From assembly GCA_039189765.1 (NCBI GenBank), contig JBCCYL010000016.1:32860-96859 (forward strand): a DNA stretch of 64,000 nt, read 5' to 3'. Position numbers and translations under genes: made by a program. This document shows, piece by piece, positions 10,869-21,800 of the stretch. The notes beneath the pieces are model-generated. The model saw nothing but the letters and a program-made list of their open reading frames with translations. It was not told the origin of the DNA and made no database searches. The stretch comes from Cyanobacteria bacterium P01_F01_bin.150. GTDB lineage: Bacteria; Cyanobacteriota; Cyanobacteriia; CAKZMO01. Within the stretch, counting starts at the first letter, position 1; each line of letters begins with the position of its first letter.

Positions 10869-12611
10869 TTACTTGGCTATGTTTTCACTCAGGGCATCAA
10901 TAGGACTACTTTGTACTTGGCTCCCTTGAATAGTAGTGTGAAAATGCCAATTAGGATCAGTTTGAGGATAATCGCTGCGGTAATGACCACCTCTGCTTTC
11001 CGTTCGCCATAGTGCACTCTTCACTATTAGCATAGCAACATCCAACAAATTAGCCGTTTCTGTTGTTCTTTGAAGCATGATGCCTACTTCTTGTGTAGGG
11101 AGGCGATAGGGTAAATGGATATGATTATTCATCACCACTTGATATAGATTGGTCAATGTCAGGCGCGATCGCCACTCGTTCAGGGTGTTGACTGCCGTAT
11201 CCAAATCATCCTGACATCGACAGATTCCAGCGTTATTCCACATTAATTGAGGTAATTGCTCTCTAATCGTGCTGACAATTTTCATTTCATATGAGACCTG
11301 CTCCATAACAGGTGTTAAATCCAGAGTTTTCATGTCGTCTGTCGAATTCACAACTGCTGGCTCTCTAGTCTGTTCGGGGCCTTGATGCTGAGGAGCTGAA
11401 AGGTCAATTGATGCAAGCTGACTAGCAAAGACTAAACACTCTAGTAAAGAGTTGCTGGCTAGTCGATTTGCGCCGTGCACCCCTGTACTTGCCACCTCCC
11501 CAACCGCATACAAACCTGGAATGGATGTGTGGTTCATAATGTTTGTTGCCACCCCTCCCATCCAATAATGGGCAGCAGGCGCAATTGGAATAGGTTCCTG
11601 AAGGACATCTATGCCCCAGGCTGCACACTTGCTAATAATGTTTGGAAACCGTGACCGCACCGTTGTTCGCTCAATTGGGTCCAAGTTGAGGTAAGCATGG
11701 GTATGGGTTTGTAAGTGACTAAAGATCGCACGACTCACAACGTCTCGTGGTGCCAGCTCCCCAGCCTCATGATACTGGAAGGCAAAGCGATCGCCCTTTT
11801 CATCTACCAAATGTGCGCCCTCTCCTCGAACGGCTTCACTAATTAAGAATCGGGGTGCCCCATCCTGGGTTAGTGCCGTGGGATGAAATTGAAAAAATTC
11901 TAAATCTCGAACAATCGCCCCTGCTCGCCATGCCATGGCTACGCCATCCCCTGTACTGACGGATGGGTTTGTCGTTTGAGAGAAAACCTGGCCGCCACCG
12001 CCCGTCGCTAAAATGACGACCGATGCTCGGAGCCAACGGATTACTCCATCAGACAACAGCCGAATACCCTGACAGCATCCAGTCAATGGATTGATCCAAA
12101 GATTCAGGGCAAAGGAATGGGGAAAAATGTGGATATTGGGATGTTCAAGGACCTTTGATGCCAGGGTACTGACAATCGCCTTACCCGTCGTATCTGCGGA
12201 GTGAAGTACCCGAGGTCTTGAATGGGCTGCTTCTAGCGTCATGGCCAACTGCCCGTTTTTTCGATCAAATGAAACGCCAAGACTCAGCAAATCATCAATG
12301 GCTGTTTTGGCCTGTTCAACTAAAAACGATACGGCAATGGGATCACACAAGCCTGCCCCTGCTTTTAATGTATCTTCAAAATGTAGATTGGTCGTATCAG
12401 TGGGGGCGATCGCTGCTGCCACTCCTCCTTGAGCCCAATTACTTGATCCCTTATTCACGACATCCTTTGTCACCAATCCGATTTGCAAATGGGACGGTAA
12501 GCATAACGTTGCATATAGCCCAGCAGCTCCGCTACCCACGACTAGAACGTCTAGAGCATCTCCATTTAAGACGTCTAAAGAGGTAGATGCGGTCGATTCA
12601 GCTTGTAACAT
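10869..12611 (-). CDS. nadB: L-aspartate oxidase
   Basis: GSGAAG FAD motif, WAQGG, EAAHSRPRVLH, QFHPT, HYWMGG, GVHGANRLASNSLLE, ESRGGHYRSDYP. Confidence 0.96.
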   Translation of the reverse strand: MLQAESTASTSLDVLNGDALDVLVVGSGAAGLYATLCLPSHLQIGLVTKDVVNKGSSNWAQGGVAAAIAPTDTTNLHFEDTLKAGAGLCDPIAVSFLVEQAKTAIDDLLSLGVSFDRKNGQLAMTLEAAHSRPRVLHSADTTGKAIVSTLASKVLEHPNIHIFPHSFALNLWINPLTGCCQGIRLLSDGVIRWLRASVVILATGGGGQVFSQTTNPSVSTGDGVAMAWRAGAIVRDLEFFQFHPTALTQDGAPRFLISEAVRGEGAHLVDEKGDRFAFQYHEAGELAPRDVVSRAIFSHLQTHTHAYLNLDPIERTTVRSRFPNIISKCAAWGIDVLQEPIPIAPAAHYWMGGVATNIMNHTSIPGLYAVGEVASTGVHGANRLASNSLLECLVFASQLASIDLSAPQHQGPEQTREPAVVNSTDDMKTLDLTPVMEQVSYEMKIVSTIREQLPQLMWNNAGICRCQDDLDTAVNTLNEWRSRLTLTNLYQVVMNNHIHLPYRLPTQEVGIMLQRTTETANLLDVAMLIVKSALWRTESRGGHYRSDYPQTDPNWHFHTTIQGSQVQSSPIDALSENIAK

Positions 12612-12664
12612 TATGCTTATTTAAGGTATCAATACATTCAATCCAATCTGAGCAGAACGAAAGT

Positions 12665-13639
12665 TTAGCTCATAGCCAGCATCCTTTGAATTGGGCGAAG
12701 CGCTGCTATACGGACGGATTCAGGCATCTCAATTTCTGGAGTTTTATTCTTCATCGATAGATACAACTTCTCTAGAGTATTCAAACGCATGTGAGGGCAT
12801 TCATTGCAGGCGCAGTTGCTGGTAGAAGGAGCTGGAATAAAGGTCTTATCTGGGGTTGCTTTCTGCATTTGATGGATAATGCCAGGCTCGGTTGCCACGA
12901 TAAATGTTTGGGTTGGACTTTGCTGGCAATAGCTGAGGATAGCTGTAGTGGAGCCGATGTAGTTAGCATGTCGCAACACCACGTCTTCACACTCAGGATG
13001 GGCAACGACTTCAGCATCAAAGTGTTCCATTTTTAAGCGTACAATTTGCTTTTCCGAAAAGGTTTCGTGGACAAGGCAACTCCCTTGCCACAGAACCAGG
13101 TCTCGCCCTGTTTGCTCCATGACATAACGTCCCAAGTTCTTGTCTGGCGCAAAAATAATTGGCTGATTTTCAGGTAATTGCTGAACAATCTTAACGGCAT
13201 TGGAGCTGGTGCAGATGATATCACTCAGAGCCTTGATCTCTGCCGTACAGTTTATGTAAGAAATAACCAAGTGGTCCGGATATTTTGCTTTGAATTGGGC
13301 AAACTGGTCTGGAGGACAGCTATCGGCCAAAGAGCAGCCCGCTTCCAGCGCAGGGAGTAAGACTAATTTGTCGGGATTGAGGATTTTAGCTGTCTCTGCC
13401 ATAAAGTGAACTCCAGCAAAAACGATGACATCTGCATCGGTTTCAGCGGCCTTACGAGACAATCCCAACGAGTCGCCAATGTAATCTGCAATATCCTGAA
13501 TATCAGGTTCCTGATAATAATGGGCCAGAATAATCGCATTCAATTCTTGCTTTAGGGATTCAATGGCCTCAAACAAGTTGTAAGGGATTGGATTCTGCGG
13601 AAGAAATGTTGAAGCTGGCTTTTGAATTGTGGAAAACAT
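12665..13639 (-). CDS. nadA: Quinolinate synthase
   Basis: [44 protein letters not shown]. Confidence 0.97.
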   Translation of the reverse strand: MFSTIQKPASTFLPQNPIPYNLFEAIESLKQELNAIILAHYYQEPDIQDIADYIGDSLGLSRKAAETDADVIVFAGVHFMAETAKILNPDKLVLLPALEAGCSLADSCPPDQFAQFKAKYPDHLVISYINCTAEIKALSDIICTSSNAVKIVQQLPENQPIIFAPDKNLGRYVMEQTGRDLVLWQGSCLVHETFSEKQIVRLKMEHFDAEVVAHPECEDVVLRHANYIGSTTAILSYCQQSPTQTFIVATEPGIIHQMQKATPDKTFIPAPSTSNCACNECPHMRLNTLEKLYLSMKNKTPEIEMPESVRIAALRPIQRMLAMS

Positions 13640-13694
13640 ATGGTGAATGTGATTCGAGCAGATTGTTCTGTTGATTCCAGTATGTTGAGATTCA

Positions 13695-14483
13695 GTGTGT
13701 AAGTATCTGACCTTACTATGGTCCGTGACGCTATTTCAAGATTTTCATATCTTATATCCTGCCACTCAACACTATATTTGGCATGGAGTGCAGACAGGCC
13801 TGTTCTACCGTTGCATCCTACTAAAAAGTTCTTTGAATAACTCATTAACTTTGAATAACTCATTAATAAGATTAGAAACAACTCCAGTTCCATATATATC
13901 CGTTTGGCTGATCCCAACTGAAACTGATCGAGCATTTCTACAGTCTTTGATCAGCCAGATAGCCCAACAGTATCAAAGCGTAGCGTTTTGCCCGCACGTC
14001 ACTCTCTTTAGTGTGCCAGTTACAAAGATTAACCAGAATCTTGTGTCGTCGCCTCTTTCTTCTCCCTGGGATCTCTCTGAAATTGACTGGGACGAGCATC
14101 TATCGATTGTTTTAAGCAAATTTTCACCCTTCTTCTTAAAGACGATCCACATAGGATGGGGGCGGACGTTTGCTAAGACTGTGTTTGTGCAACTTGAGAC
14201 AACTTCCACCTTATTAGCATTTATTCAAGCTATGCGAAACAGCATTACTCAAGGTCCGGCTACACAGGCGATAGAGCAGATTATTGATCCTCATATCAGC
14301 CTTATCTACAAGCACTTGGATAATAAGAGAAAAGTAGCGATCGCTCAGTCAACAACGTTGCATCAACACACCTTTGGTTTTAGCGAGTTTCAAATTGTAA
14401 AAGCCCCCTCACAATTTGAAACGCAAGAGGATGTGCAGGCACTCCGCTGTATTTATCGTCAAACTTTAAATAATGGCCCCTGA
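13695..14483 (+). CDS. 2H phosphoesterase / cyclic phosphodiesterase-like protein (true start probably near 13830-13880)
   Basis: SVWLIP start motif and two HxT/S motifs, PHVTL and PHISL. Confidence 0.75.
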   Translation: MCKYLTLLWSVTLFQDFHILYPATQHYIWHGVQTGLFYRCILLKSSLNNSLTLNNSLIRLETTPVPYISVWLIPTETDRAFLQSLISQIAQQYQSVAFCPHVTLFSVPVTKINQNLVSSPLSSPWDLSEIDWDEHLSIVLSKFSPFFLKTIHIGWGRTFAKTVFVQLETTSTLLAFIQAMRNSITQGPATQAIEQIIDPHISLIYKHLDNKRKVAIAQSTTLHQHTFGFSEFQIVKAPSQFETQEDVQALRCIYRQTLNNGP

Positions 14484-14828
14484 CTTGAATGCTCTGTTTT
14501 TGGTATTGTGTTTTACATAAATCTCTTAAATTCATCCATTCTCAAATTCATTAGCCAGCGCTTCATAAATTGGGTGAGTTCACTAGGATTTGTCATAAAA
14601 ATAAAGAGTAGAAATTAAAATTATTAAATCTACCAATAAAGCAATAAAAACAATCTAAATTCTAATTGAAAACTAAAAAGAATCTATATTTAATATTTTA
14701 TTTGGGATCGTTAGAGATCTGCCATGCCAAGGGTTTTAGCGGCCTAGCCACATAAGCTTTGCGGTTTTTACTTAGCTCACAATGGAGACGCTGAAATTGG
14801 ATGATGATGCGTTTCTATTGGAGAGGTC

Positions 14829-15182
14829 ATGAGAGATTTTGAGTCAGTTGTATCCGTATGCCGCCATTGTCAAAGCTACACTTTGGAGGGGCGACGGGGA
14901 GGACATTGTAGCCAACTAGGAAGCCTTATGAAAGGAGACTGGAAGGCCTGTCCTCTAGCGATCCCAGCTTTTTCTCCATCGTGGGAATCACAGTCGGGGA
15001 TCAAATATGAACTGGCTCAACTGATCAGAGAGCAGAGGCAACAATTAGAAATGCTAAATCCTCGACAAGATGATCGGGATCCGGTTGAAGTATTAGAAGC
15101 CTGTATCAATACGCCCGATCCCCCAGACCCCCAGACCCCCAGACCCCCAGACCCCCAGACCCGAGTGAAGAGTTTGGGCTGA
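14829..15182 (+). CDS. Conserved cyanobacterial Cys-rich hypothetical protein
   Basis: CRHC..Y..EGRRGGHCSQLG...WKAC.LAIPAF; RBS GGAGAGG; C-terminus contains a CCCCAGAC repeat. Confidence 0.75.
   Translation: MRDFESVVSVCRHCQSYTLEGRRGGHCSQLGSLMKGDWKACPLAIPAFSPSWESQSGIKYELAQLIREQRQQLEMLNPRQDDRDPVEVLEACINTPDPPDPQTPRPPDPQTRVKSLG
15118..15162 (+). repeat. Octamer tandem repeat (C)CCCAGAC, about 5 copies, inside CDS
   Basis: ccccagaccc ccagaccccc agacccccag acccccagac. Confidence 0.8.
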
Positions 15183-15300
15183 GATAGAAAAACACCCACT
15201 AACGTACCTAGAAATCTCCAGTAAGTTGTTAACAGAACCTTCGTAAATCCTCAACAAATCTCTAATTAAGTTAGGTTAACAAAGGGTATTTCTTGTTTAA

Positions 15301-15380
15301 AGGGTATTAACTTTAGGCAGATGGTGTGGGCGAGCTGCGCTCACACCATCGTTAATTTTGTTTTTCCTTAAAACGAAATT
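15301..15380 (+). repeat. Dispersed hairpin element, family B
   Basis: GGGTAT(T/C)AACTTTAGGCAGATGGTGTGGGCG-loop-CGCTCACACCATCGTTAATTTTG...AAAACGAAA; also at 22863-22943 (+), 26700-26772 (-), partial 4418-4481 (-) and 37803-37845 (-). Confidence 0.75.
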
Positions 15381-15392
15381 TCTCTCTTGCAT

Positions 15393-16412
15393 TTAGTAAC
15401 GAATCCGGGGATCTACCCAAGCATTCAATATGTCGATAAGGATGCTTGCGATCGCGACAATCACCGCAAAGAAGACAATAATTCCCTGAACAACTGCATA
15501 GTCTCTAGCAGCAATTGCCTCGTATAAGCGCCCGGCCAATCCTGGCCAGTCAAACGTAACCTCAGTGAGAATGGCTCCTCCTAGAAGCGAGGCAAAGGTT
15601 AGCCCTAGTACAGTGATGACAGGGATCAAAGCATTTTTTAGAGCATGAACAGTCACAATGCGACGTTCCGTAATTCCCCTCGCTCTGGCAGCCTCGACAT
15701 AATCAGCTCGCAGCGTTTGCTTAAGATTGACTCGCACAATGCGCTCAAAAATCCCGCTGAGTAATAAGCCTAGGGTCAAACTAGGTAAGGTGAGGTGATA
15801 AAGAGCAATAAAAAATTGTTCGACTTGACCATGAAAAAGGGTATCTAGCAAATAAAGACCCGTTGGCCCGTCAGGTGGGCGAGTGGTCAACGGGAATCGA
15901 GTTCCCAATGGAAACCACTTTAGTTGCACGCCAAAAATCAATTGTAAGATCATCCCAAACCAGTACATTGGAACTGCATAAGAGATGATCCCAAATAGTC
16001 GTCCCCCTGCATCAATGGCTGTGTTCGGCTTGGAGGCGGCGATCGCGCCAATCGCCACTCCGACCAAAGCAGCGACTAACATACTGCATACGGCTAATTC
16101 GACCGTTGCTGGAAAGTGAGCTTGAATAATCTTCACTACTGGGCGGTCATCCAACGACACCCCCAGATCAAACCGTAGCAGATCGCCAATATAACGAATG
16201 TACTGTATCCAAATCGGTACATTGAGTCCCAGACGCTCTCGCATTGCTTCCCGTGCCGCTTCCGGAGCCTTTGGCCCCAGTGCAACATCTACAGGATCTC
16301 CTGGGGTAGCCCTCATCAGCAAAAATACAAAGGTGGCAATAGTCCACAACATAAGTGGAGCTAAAAGAATACGTGTAAAAACGTAATATGCAAGAGCTTT
16401 TAAGCGAGACAT
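15393..16412 (-). CDS. Peptide ABC transporter permease (DppB/OppB family)
   Basis: PGDP, HFPATVELA, DYVEAARARG (EAA loop), AIAARDY, VDPRIRY; start reassigned to ATG 16412. Confidence 0.92.
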   Translation of the reverse strand: MSRLKALAYYVFTRILLAPLMLWTIATFVFLLMRATPGDPVDVALGPKAPEAAREAMRERLGLNVPIWIQYIRYIGDLLRFDLGVSLDDRPVVKIIQAHFPATVELAVCSMLVAALVGVAIGAIAASKPNTAIDAGGRLFGIISYAVPMYWFGMILQLIFGVQLKWFPLGTRFPLTTRPPDGPTGLYLLDTLFHGQVEQFFIALYHLTLPSLTLGLLLSGIFERIVRVNLKQTLRADYVEAARARGITERRIVTVHALKNALIPVITVLGLTFASLLGGAILTEVTFDWPGLAGRLYEAIAARDYAVVQGIIVFFAVIVAIASILIDILNAWVDPRIRY

Positions 16413-16788
16413 AGGCTGGGATGGCTGAATAGTTGCGGTTTCATGGCCTGAAACCAAATAAATGATCGTGAAAGGGCTGTATGCTTTCACAACTCGCCTA
16501 AAGATGATACTAGATGTAACGACATCAAGAGTTATTCCAAGGATGTTTGGGTTCGTTGAAAATATTCATGCATCTTTAAATAGTTCTAGAAGGCTTGTGT
16601 TGCAATTGATCCCACTTCCATGTTGGGTTTACCGCCCCTAAAATAGCTAGATTTGCCTACTGCCTGTATGGAAGTTAAGAGGTTAGATTGGGGCTATGAA
16701 TCTTTTGTTAGGTGCATTTATCGCCACCACGAGTAAGACGTATTTGCACCTTTTCTAAACGTGTCATTTGAACAAGGATGATAGCTTT

Positions 16789-17037
16789 ATGACCACTTCC
16801 ATCGTTGAAGGGAAAACAGTTCATGCCATTGAAGATCGGCTAGAGATTGCCATTTCTCAAGCCCATGAGGCATGCAGTATCGATTCCCACTCTCCCGGTT
16901 GTGCTACAGCTTGGGATATTGTCGAAGAACTCCAGGCAGAGATTGCGCATAGACGCCAAAATAAACCCATGAATGCATTTGAGCGTTATTGTCATGAAAA
17001 TCCGGATGCTGATGAATGTCGCATATATGATGTTTAG
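16789..17037 (+). CDS. cp12: Calvin cycle regulator CP12
   Basis: N-terminal Cys pair, AWDIVEELQAE, C-terminal YCHENPDADECRIYD. Confidence 0.93.
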   Translation: MTTSIVEGKTVHAIEDRLEIAISQAHEACSIDSHSPGCATAWDIVEELQAEIAHRRQNKPMNAFERYCHENPDADECRIYDV

Positions 17038-17117
17038 ACGCTAAAGCATTCTCCGATGATGAGGACGCATTCGTTTTACTCATCTTCCGAGAAGTTGTTA
17101 TGTGGGTATTCATATAA

Positions 17118-17151
17118 GGGGAGTGAGAGTACACAATAGCTCTCACTCCCC
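17118..17151 (+). terminator. Stem-loop downstream of cp12 (probable terminator)
   Basis: GGGGAGTGAGAG...CTCTCACTCCCC followed by tattcttt. Confidence 0.6.
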
Positions 17152-17750
17152 TATTCTTTAAATTGTTTTATCGTAGAAACTTTCCTCAACAGAAGACAGG
17201 GGAAAGTTTTTCTATTTAAGCGTTGTACAGTTCTGTGCCTTTGTGTTGAGGTATCGGATAGGCAAGTTTCTCTCAATCAACGGGGGAAACTTGCTTAAAT
17301 CTGGATCCGCAGAATTATATGACGTTTGCCACTTTGGCTAGAACATTACTGACCGATTAATCAGCGAAGTCTAACAAGGCTTTTGTCTTAATCAGAGTGT
17401 CTACCACCATACATAATCAGTACATGAAGCGCAAAACACTATGCTAATGAAAATGGCTGTAATTACTTAATTAATTTATTTATTTTATACTTACAATTCG
17501 CAATCCTACTGTGTCAGGCCAGGCAAGTTTCTTTTACCTTGAAGAAGTCAAATCGGGCATCTTTATCTTAAAAATACATTTATTCGTATATAAAAGTGTA
17601 TTTCTAAGCGAAAAAAATAATATTCAAGGCCATCCCAAGAACAATTACCTATGGGGGACTTTAACCTCATTTAGCACGCGAAGAATTTTATGGGTAATTA
17701 ATAATACTTGAAAATCAAGGATTGACACTCCCTCTTTAGGAGAAGGAACT

Positions 17751-18788
17751 ATGACAAAAGTTGGTAACCCCCGTCGGGGCACATTTATTCCGTTCTTAAT
17801 GCGGGTTCCAGATGGAATGGTAATGTCAGGGGAGGATGCTATTCGTCCTTCTGTTAATTCTGCCGAATACCAGCATGCGGAAGAACGGTTTGATAAGGGA
17901 ATTTTATACTATCAGAAAGGGGCCTATCAACCTGCAATCATGGCCTTTCAAGATGCTCTAGAGTGTTACCAAATAGGACAAGATTTGCCAGGGCAAGCAA
18001 AAGCATGGGTTGGGTTAGGGTTGACATCTTACGCGATGCAAGAGTACCACGAAGCGATCGCCTTCTCTAACCATGGCTTGACCATTGCTCGAACAATTGA
18101 TGATAGCTGGACCGAACGGCAAGCGCTAAGCAACCTGGGCAATGCCTATCGTCACTTGTCCAATTACGACCGGGCATTGGACTATAAAAAACAAACCTTA
18201 TGCTTAGCCCAAAGCCTTAAGGATTTACCCAACCAAGCTGCCGCTTGGAGTAATTTAGGCATGTTGTACAAGGCGATGGGCGAAGATCGACAGGCTATTG
18301 ACTGCTATGAAGAAAGCCTGGCGATTGCTCATCAACTGGGCGATCGCCAGATTGAACGGCAAGTGTTGCAAAATTTGGGCAATGTGCATCATAAGTTAGG
18401 AGAACATGAGCACACTATCACCTGCTATGAAAAGCTGCTATGTCTGGTGCGGGCTAGCGGTGACCAATGGGCTGAAATGCGGATTTTAAAGAGCCTGGGG
18501 AGTGCTTACTACATCGTCAAAAACTATGCAAAGTCTATTGCCTTTCACCAGAAGCGCTTAATACTGGCTCGCATGCTCCAAGAGCCCAATCAAGAAATTC
18601 AGGCCCTTGGTATGCTGGGGACCATTCATCAATCCATCGGCAAATATACAGAAGCCATTACTTACCATGAACAACAGTTAGGACTAGCTCAAAAGCTCAA
18701 CCAGCTTCAGGTTGTCCATAAGACTCGGGTAAATCTAAGAAATATTTGCTGCTTAGTCGGTGATTTTGAACGGGCGGGGCAATATTAG
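17751..18788 (+). CDS. Tetratricopeptide repeat protein
   Basis: About seven 40-aa repeats of type ALSNLGNAY...AIDCYEESLAIA. Confidence 0.9.
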   Translation: MTKVGNPRRGTFIPFLMRVPDGMVMSGEDAIRPSVNSAEYQHAEERFDKGILYYQKGAYQPAIMAFQDALECYQIGQDLPGQAKAWVGLGLTSYAMQEYHEAIAFSNHGLTIARTIDDSWTERQALSNLGNAYRHLSNYDRALDYKKQTLCLAQSLKDLPNQAAAWSNLGMLYKAMGEDRQAIDCYEESLAIAHQLGDRQIERQVLQNLGNVHHKLGEHEHTITCYEKLLCLVRASGDQWAEMRILKSLGSAYYIVKNYAKSIAFHQKRLILARMLQEPNQEIQALGMLGTIHQSIGKYTEAITYHEQQLGLAQKLNQLQVVHKTRVNLRNICCLVGDFERAGQY

Positions 18789-18850
18789 CGAAGGAGTTAA
18801 GAAATTGTTCACTACTTATTGCTAAAGCCCATTTCTTCCGGGATTCAACT

Positions 18851-21800
18851 ATGTACTATCAAGTTGGCGGTAGCCTTGCAAGCAATGCCCCGTGCTATAT
18901 TCCCCGTTCGTCTGATATGGAGCTGTATCAAGCGCTTCGACGGGGAGATTTTTGCTATGTGCTCAACTCTCGTCAAATGGGCAAATCTTCCTTGATGGTC
19001 AGAACTCGAGCACGGCTTCAGCAAGAGGGCGATCGCTGCACGATTGTCGATATGAGCAACGTTGGTAGCGAAAATATCACTTCTCTTCAGTGGTACAAGG
19101 GTGTAATAAAAGATATATTTCGGGGCTTTAAACTTCGTCGCAGGGTGGATTTTAATGCTTGGTGGGATAAGAAAACTGAGCTTTCTTTGCCTCAACGCTT
19201 TAGCCAGTTTATTCAGGATATTTTGTTGCCCCAGTTCCCTGAAGATAATCTTGTTATTTTTCTTGATGAGATTGACAGTATTTTAAGTTTACCTTTTGCT
19301 GTAGATGATTTTTTTGCTGTGATTCGGTATTGCTATAATCAGCGAGCCATTAATCCTGCTTATCATCGCATTCAGTTTGCCATTGTAGGTGTAGCTACTC
19401 CAGCAGATTTAATTCGCGATCGCCAGCGCACCCCTTTCAATATTGGTACCCCTATTCCTTTGGAGGGATTTACCCTCGACCAATGTAATCCTCTAATTGA
19501 TGGGTTAACCATTCCTCATTGTAATATCTCCAATATTCTTCAGGAAATTCTAAATTGGACAAACGGTCAACCTTTTCTAACTCAGAAACTCTGCCAGTTG
19601 GTCCTATCAGCTAGTCAAGATACAGTCGCTGACAATCTAATCATCCCGCCAGGCCAAGAAGCCCATTGGGTCAAAAATATTGTCAAAGAGAAACTAATGG
19701 CAGATTGGGAATATCAAGACGAACCCGAACACCTGCGCACCATCCGTAATCGACTTTTAAACCGCCCTGACCGGGCTGGACGACTGCTTGGCATCTATCA
19801 GCAGATTCTGACCGTGACCTCCCCTGCTTCTCCCCTCCCCTGCTCCTCAACATCCCTGCTTCCCGGTTCCCCTGTCCGTGCCGATAACAGTCCTGAACAA
19901 ACTGAATTGCTGTTGTCTGGTCTGGTGATAAAACAAAATGGCATCCTAAAGGTCAAAAATCGCCTGTACGCCCTAGTGTTTGATGCTGCATGGGTGGAAG
20001 AACAGTTGAACAATTTGCGGCCCTATTCCCACGTTTTGTCTGCGTGGGTTGAGTCCGGACAAACGGATGAATCACGGCTCCTGCGAGGAAATGCCCTAAA
20101 GGATGCACAACAGTGGGCGCAAGGGAAACAGCTCAGCGATTTGGATCATCAGTTTCTGGCAGCGTCAATGGAAAGCGATCGCCGTCAAGAACAACAGGCA
20201 TTGGAAGCAGCAAGGGTGGAAGCCCTAGAAGCGCAGTTAATGCAAGAACAGAAGACAGCGCAAATTCAACGTCGCTCTTTAAAGATGGTGAGTGGGGCAT
20301 TATGTCTTGTATTGGGGTTGGGGCTGGTTACCTTTTGGCAATATCGTATGGCCCGCACCAGTGAGCTGAATGCTCGTCTCAGTGCCATTAGGGCACTGGC
20401 CTCTTCTGCTGAAGGCAATTTTGATTCCCATCGTCACCTTGATGCCTTACTGCAAGTTATTCAAGCAAAGGAGAGGCTAGAACTCCTACGTCAGGAATCT
20501 CCCGATCTCGCCGATACGGAGCTGCCCAAACACGTTGAATCAGTCCTACGACGTGTGGTTTACGGTGCAGAAGAAGGCAACCGCATCACCACAGAAACTG
20601 GCATACGCGCCGTAGCGATCGCTCCCAATAATCGCTTTATTGCTGCAGCGGGAGCGGATGGCACGATTTATCGTTGGTCCATCAATGGCCAACCCCAACC
20701 TTCAATCCCAGACGCCCACATCACAGAAATTAATACCATCGCCATCAGTCCAGATAGTAAATGGATTGCTTCAGGGTCTGCCGACAAAACGGTCAAGCTT
20801 TGGCATCAAGATAATCGTTTGTATAAACAATTGGGGACTCATCCTGAAGGCATTCGTAGAGTTTTATTTACGGGGGATGGGCGTTTGGTCTCCGTTGGTG
20901 GGGGGCTGATTCGTCTTTGGACGTTTGACGGCGAAATGATTAATGAATGGCATGGACCTGAAGCGATCGCTATAAATACTCAAAATCAAACCCTTGCGGT
21001 ATTTATTCCAGGAGATAGACGAGGGAGCAGAGTAAGGAATAGACCAGACAATAGACAAGGCAATACTTCAAACAGTCGCCCAGACACTGGTCCAGACAAT
21101 AATCCAGAGGATGTTCAGCATCGATTGATTACATACAGCCTAGACAATCTAGAGCACAGTCCTTTGAGCGAAGTGACTATCGAATCACCTCCTGCCCGTA
21201 TGGCGTTTAGTCCTGATGGTAAGCACTTGGTCTTTACCGATCAGAATCACCAGCTAAACATTATGTCAGTAAATAGCGACGGACAGTTACGCCTTGGCCC
21301 AACAGCAGCAGCCCATACGGTCTTAATTCGTAACATTGATATCAGTGCAGATAGCCAATTTATTACTACGGCATCAGCCGATAATACGCTTAAACTATGG
21401 GATATGAATGGAACCCTACTTCGTATATTTGAGGGGCACCAGGCCGTTGTTTGGCATTCCGTCTTTTTTCCAAAGAATGATGCAGATTCCGCAGAGGCAG
21501 ACCAACGTATCCTTTCTGCTGCCGATGATGGCACTTTGAGAATCTGGCAATGGCAGGTTCCCTGGCTGACTCGTCTCTCAACCGAAAGTCGCCGCATTCG
21601 GCGGGTAGCTTTTAGCCCCGATGGGCAGCATATTGCAGCCGCAAGCCAAGAGTTAGCCTTACTCCATGGACTTACTAATAGTGGGGCCTTAAACTCCATT
21701 CCGACAAAAGACGCACTGTTTAGTTTGGCATTTAGTCCTGATGGCCAAGAAATTGCGACAGGGGCTAGAAATGGAACAATGTCCATTTGGCCTATCGCCT

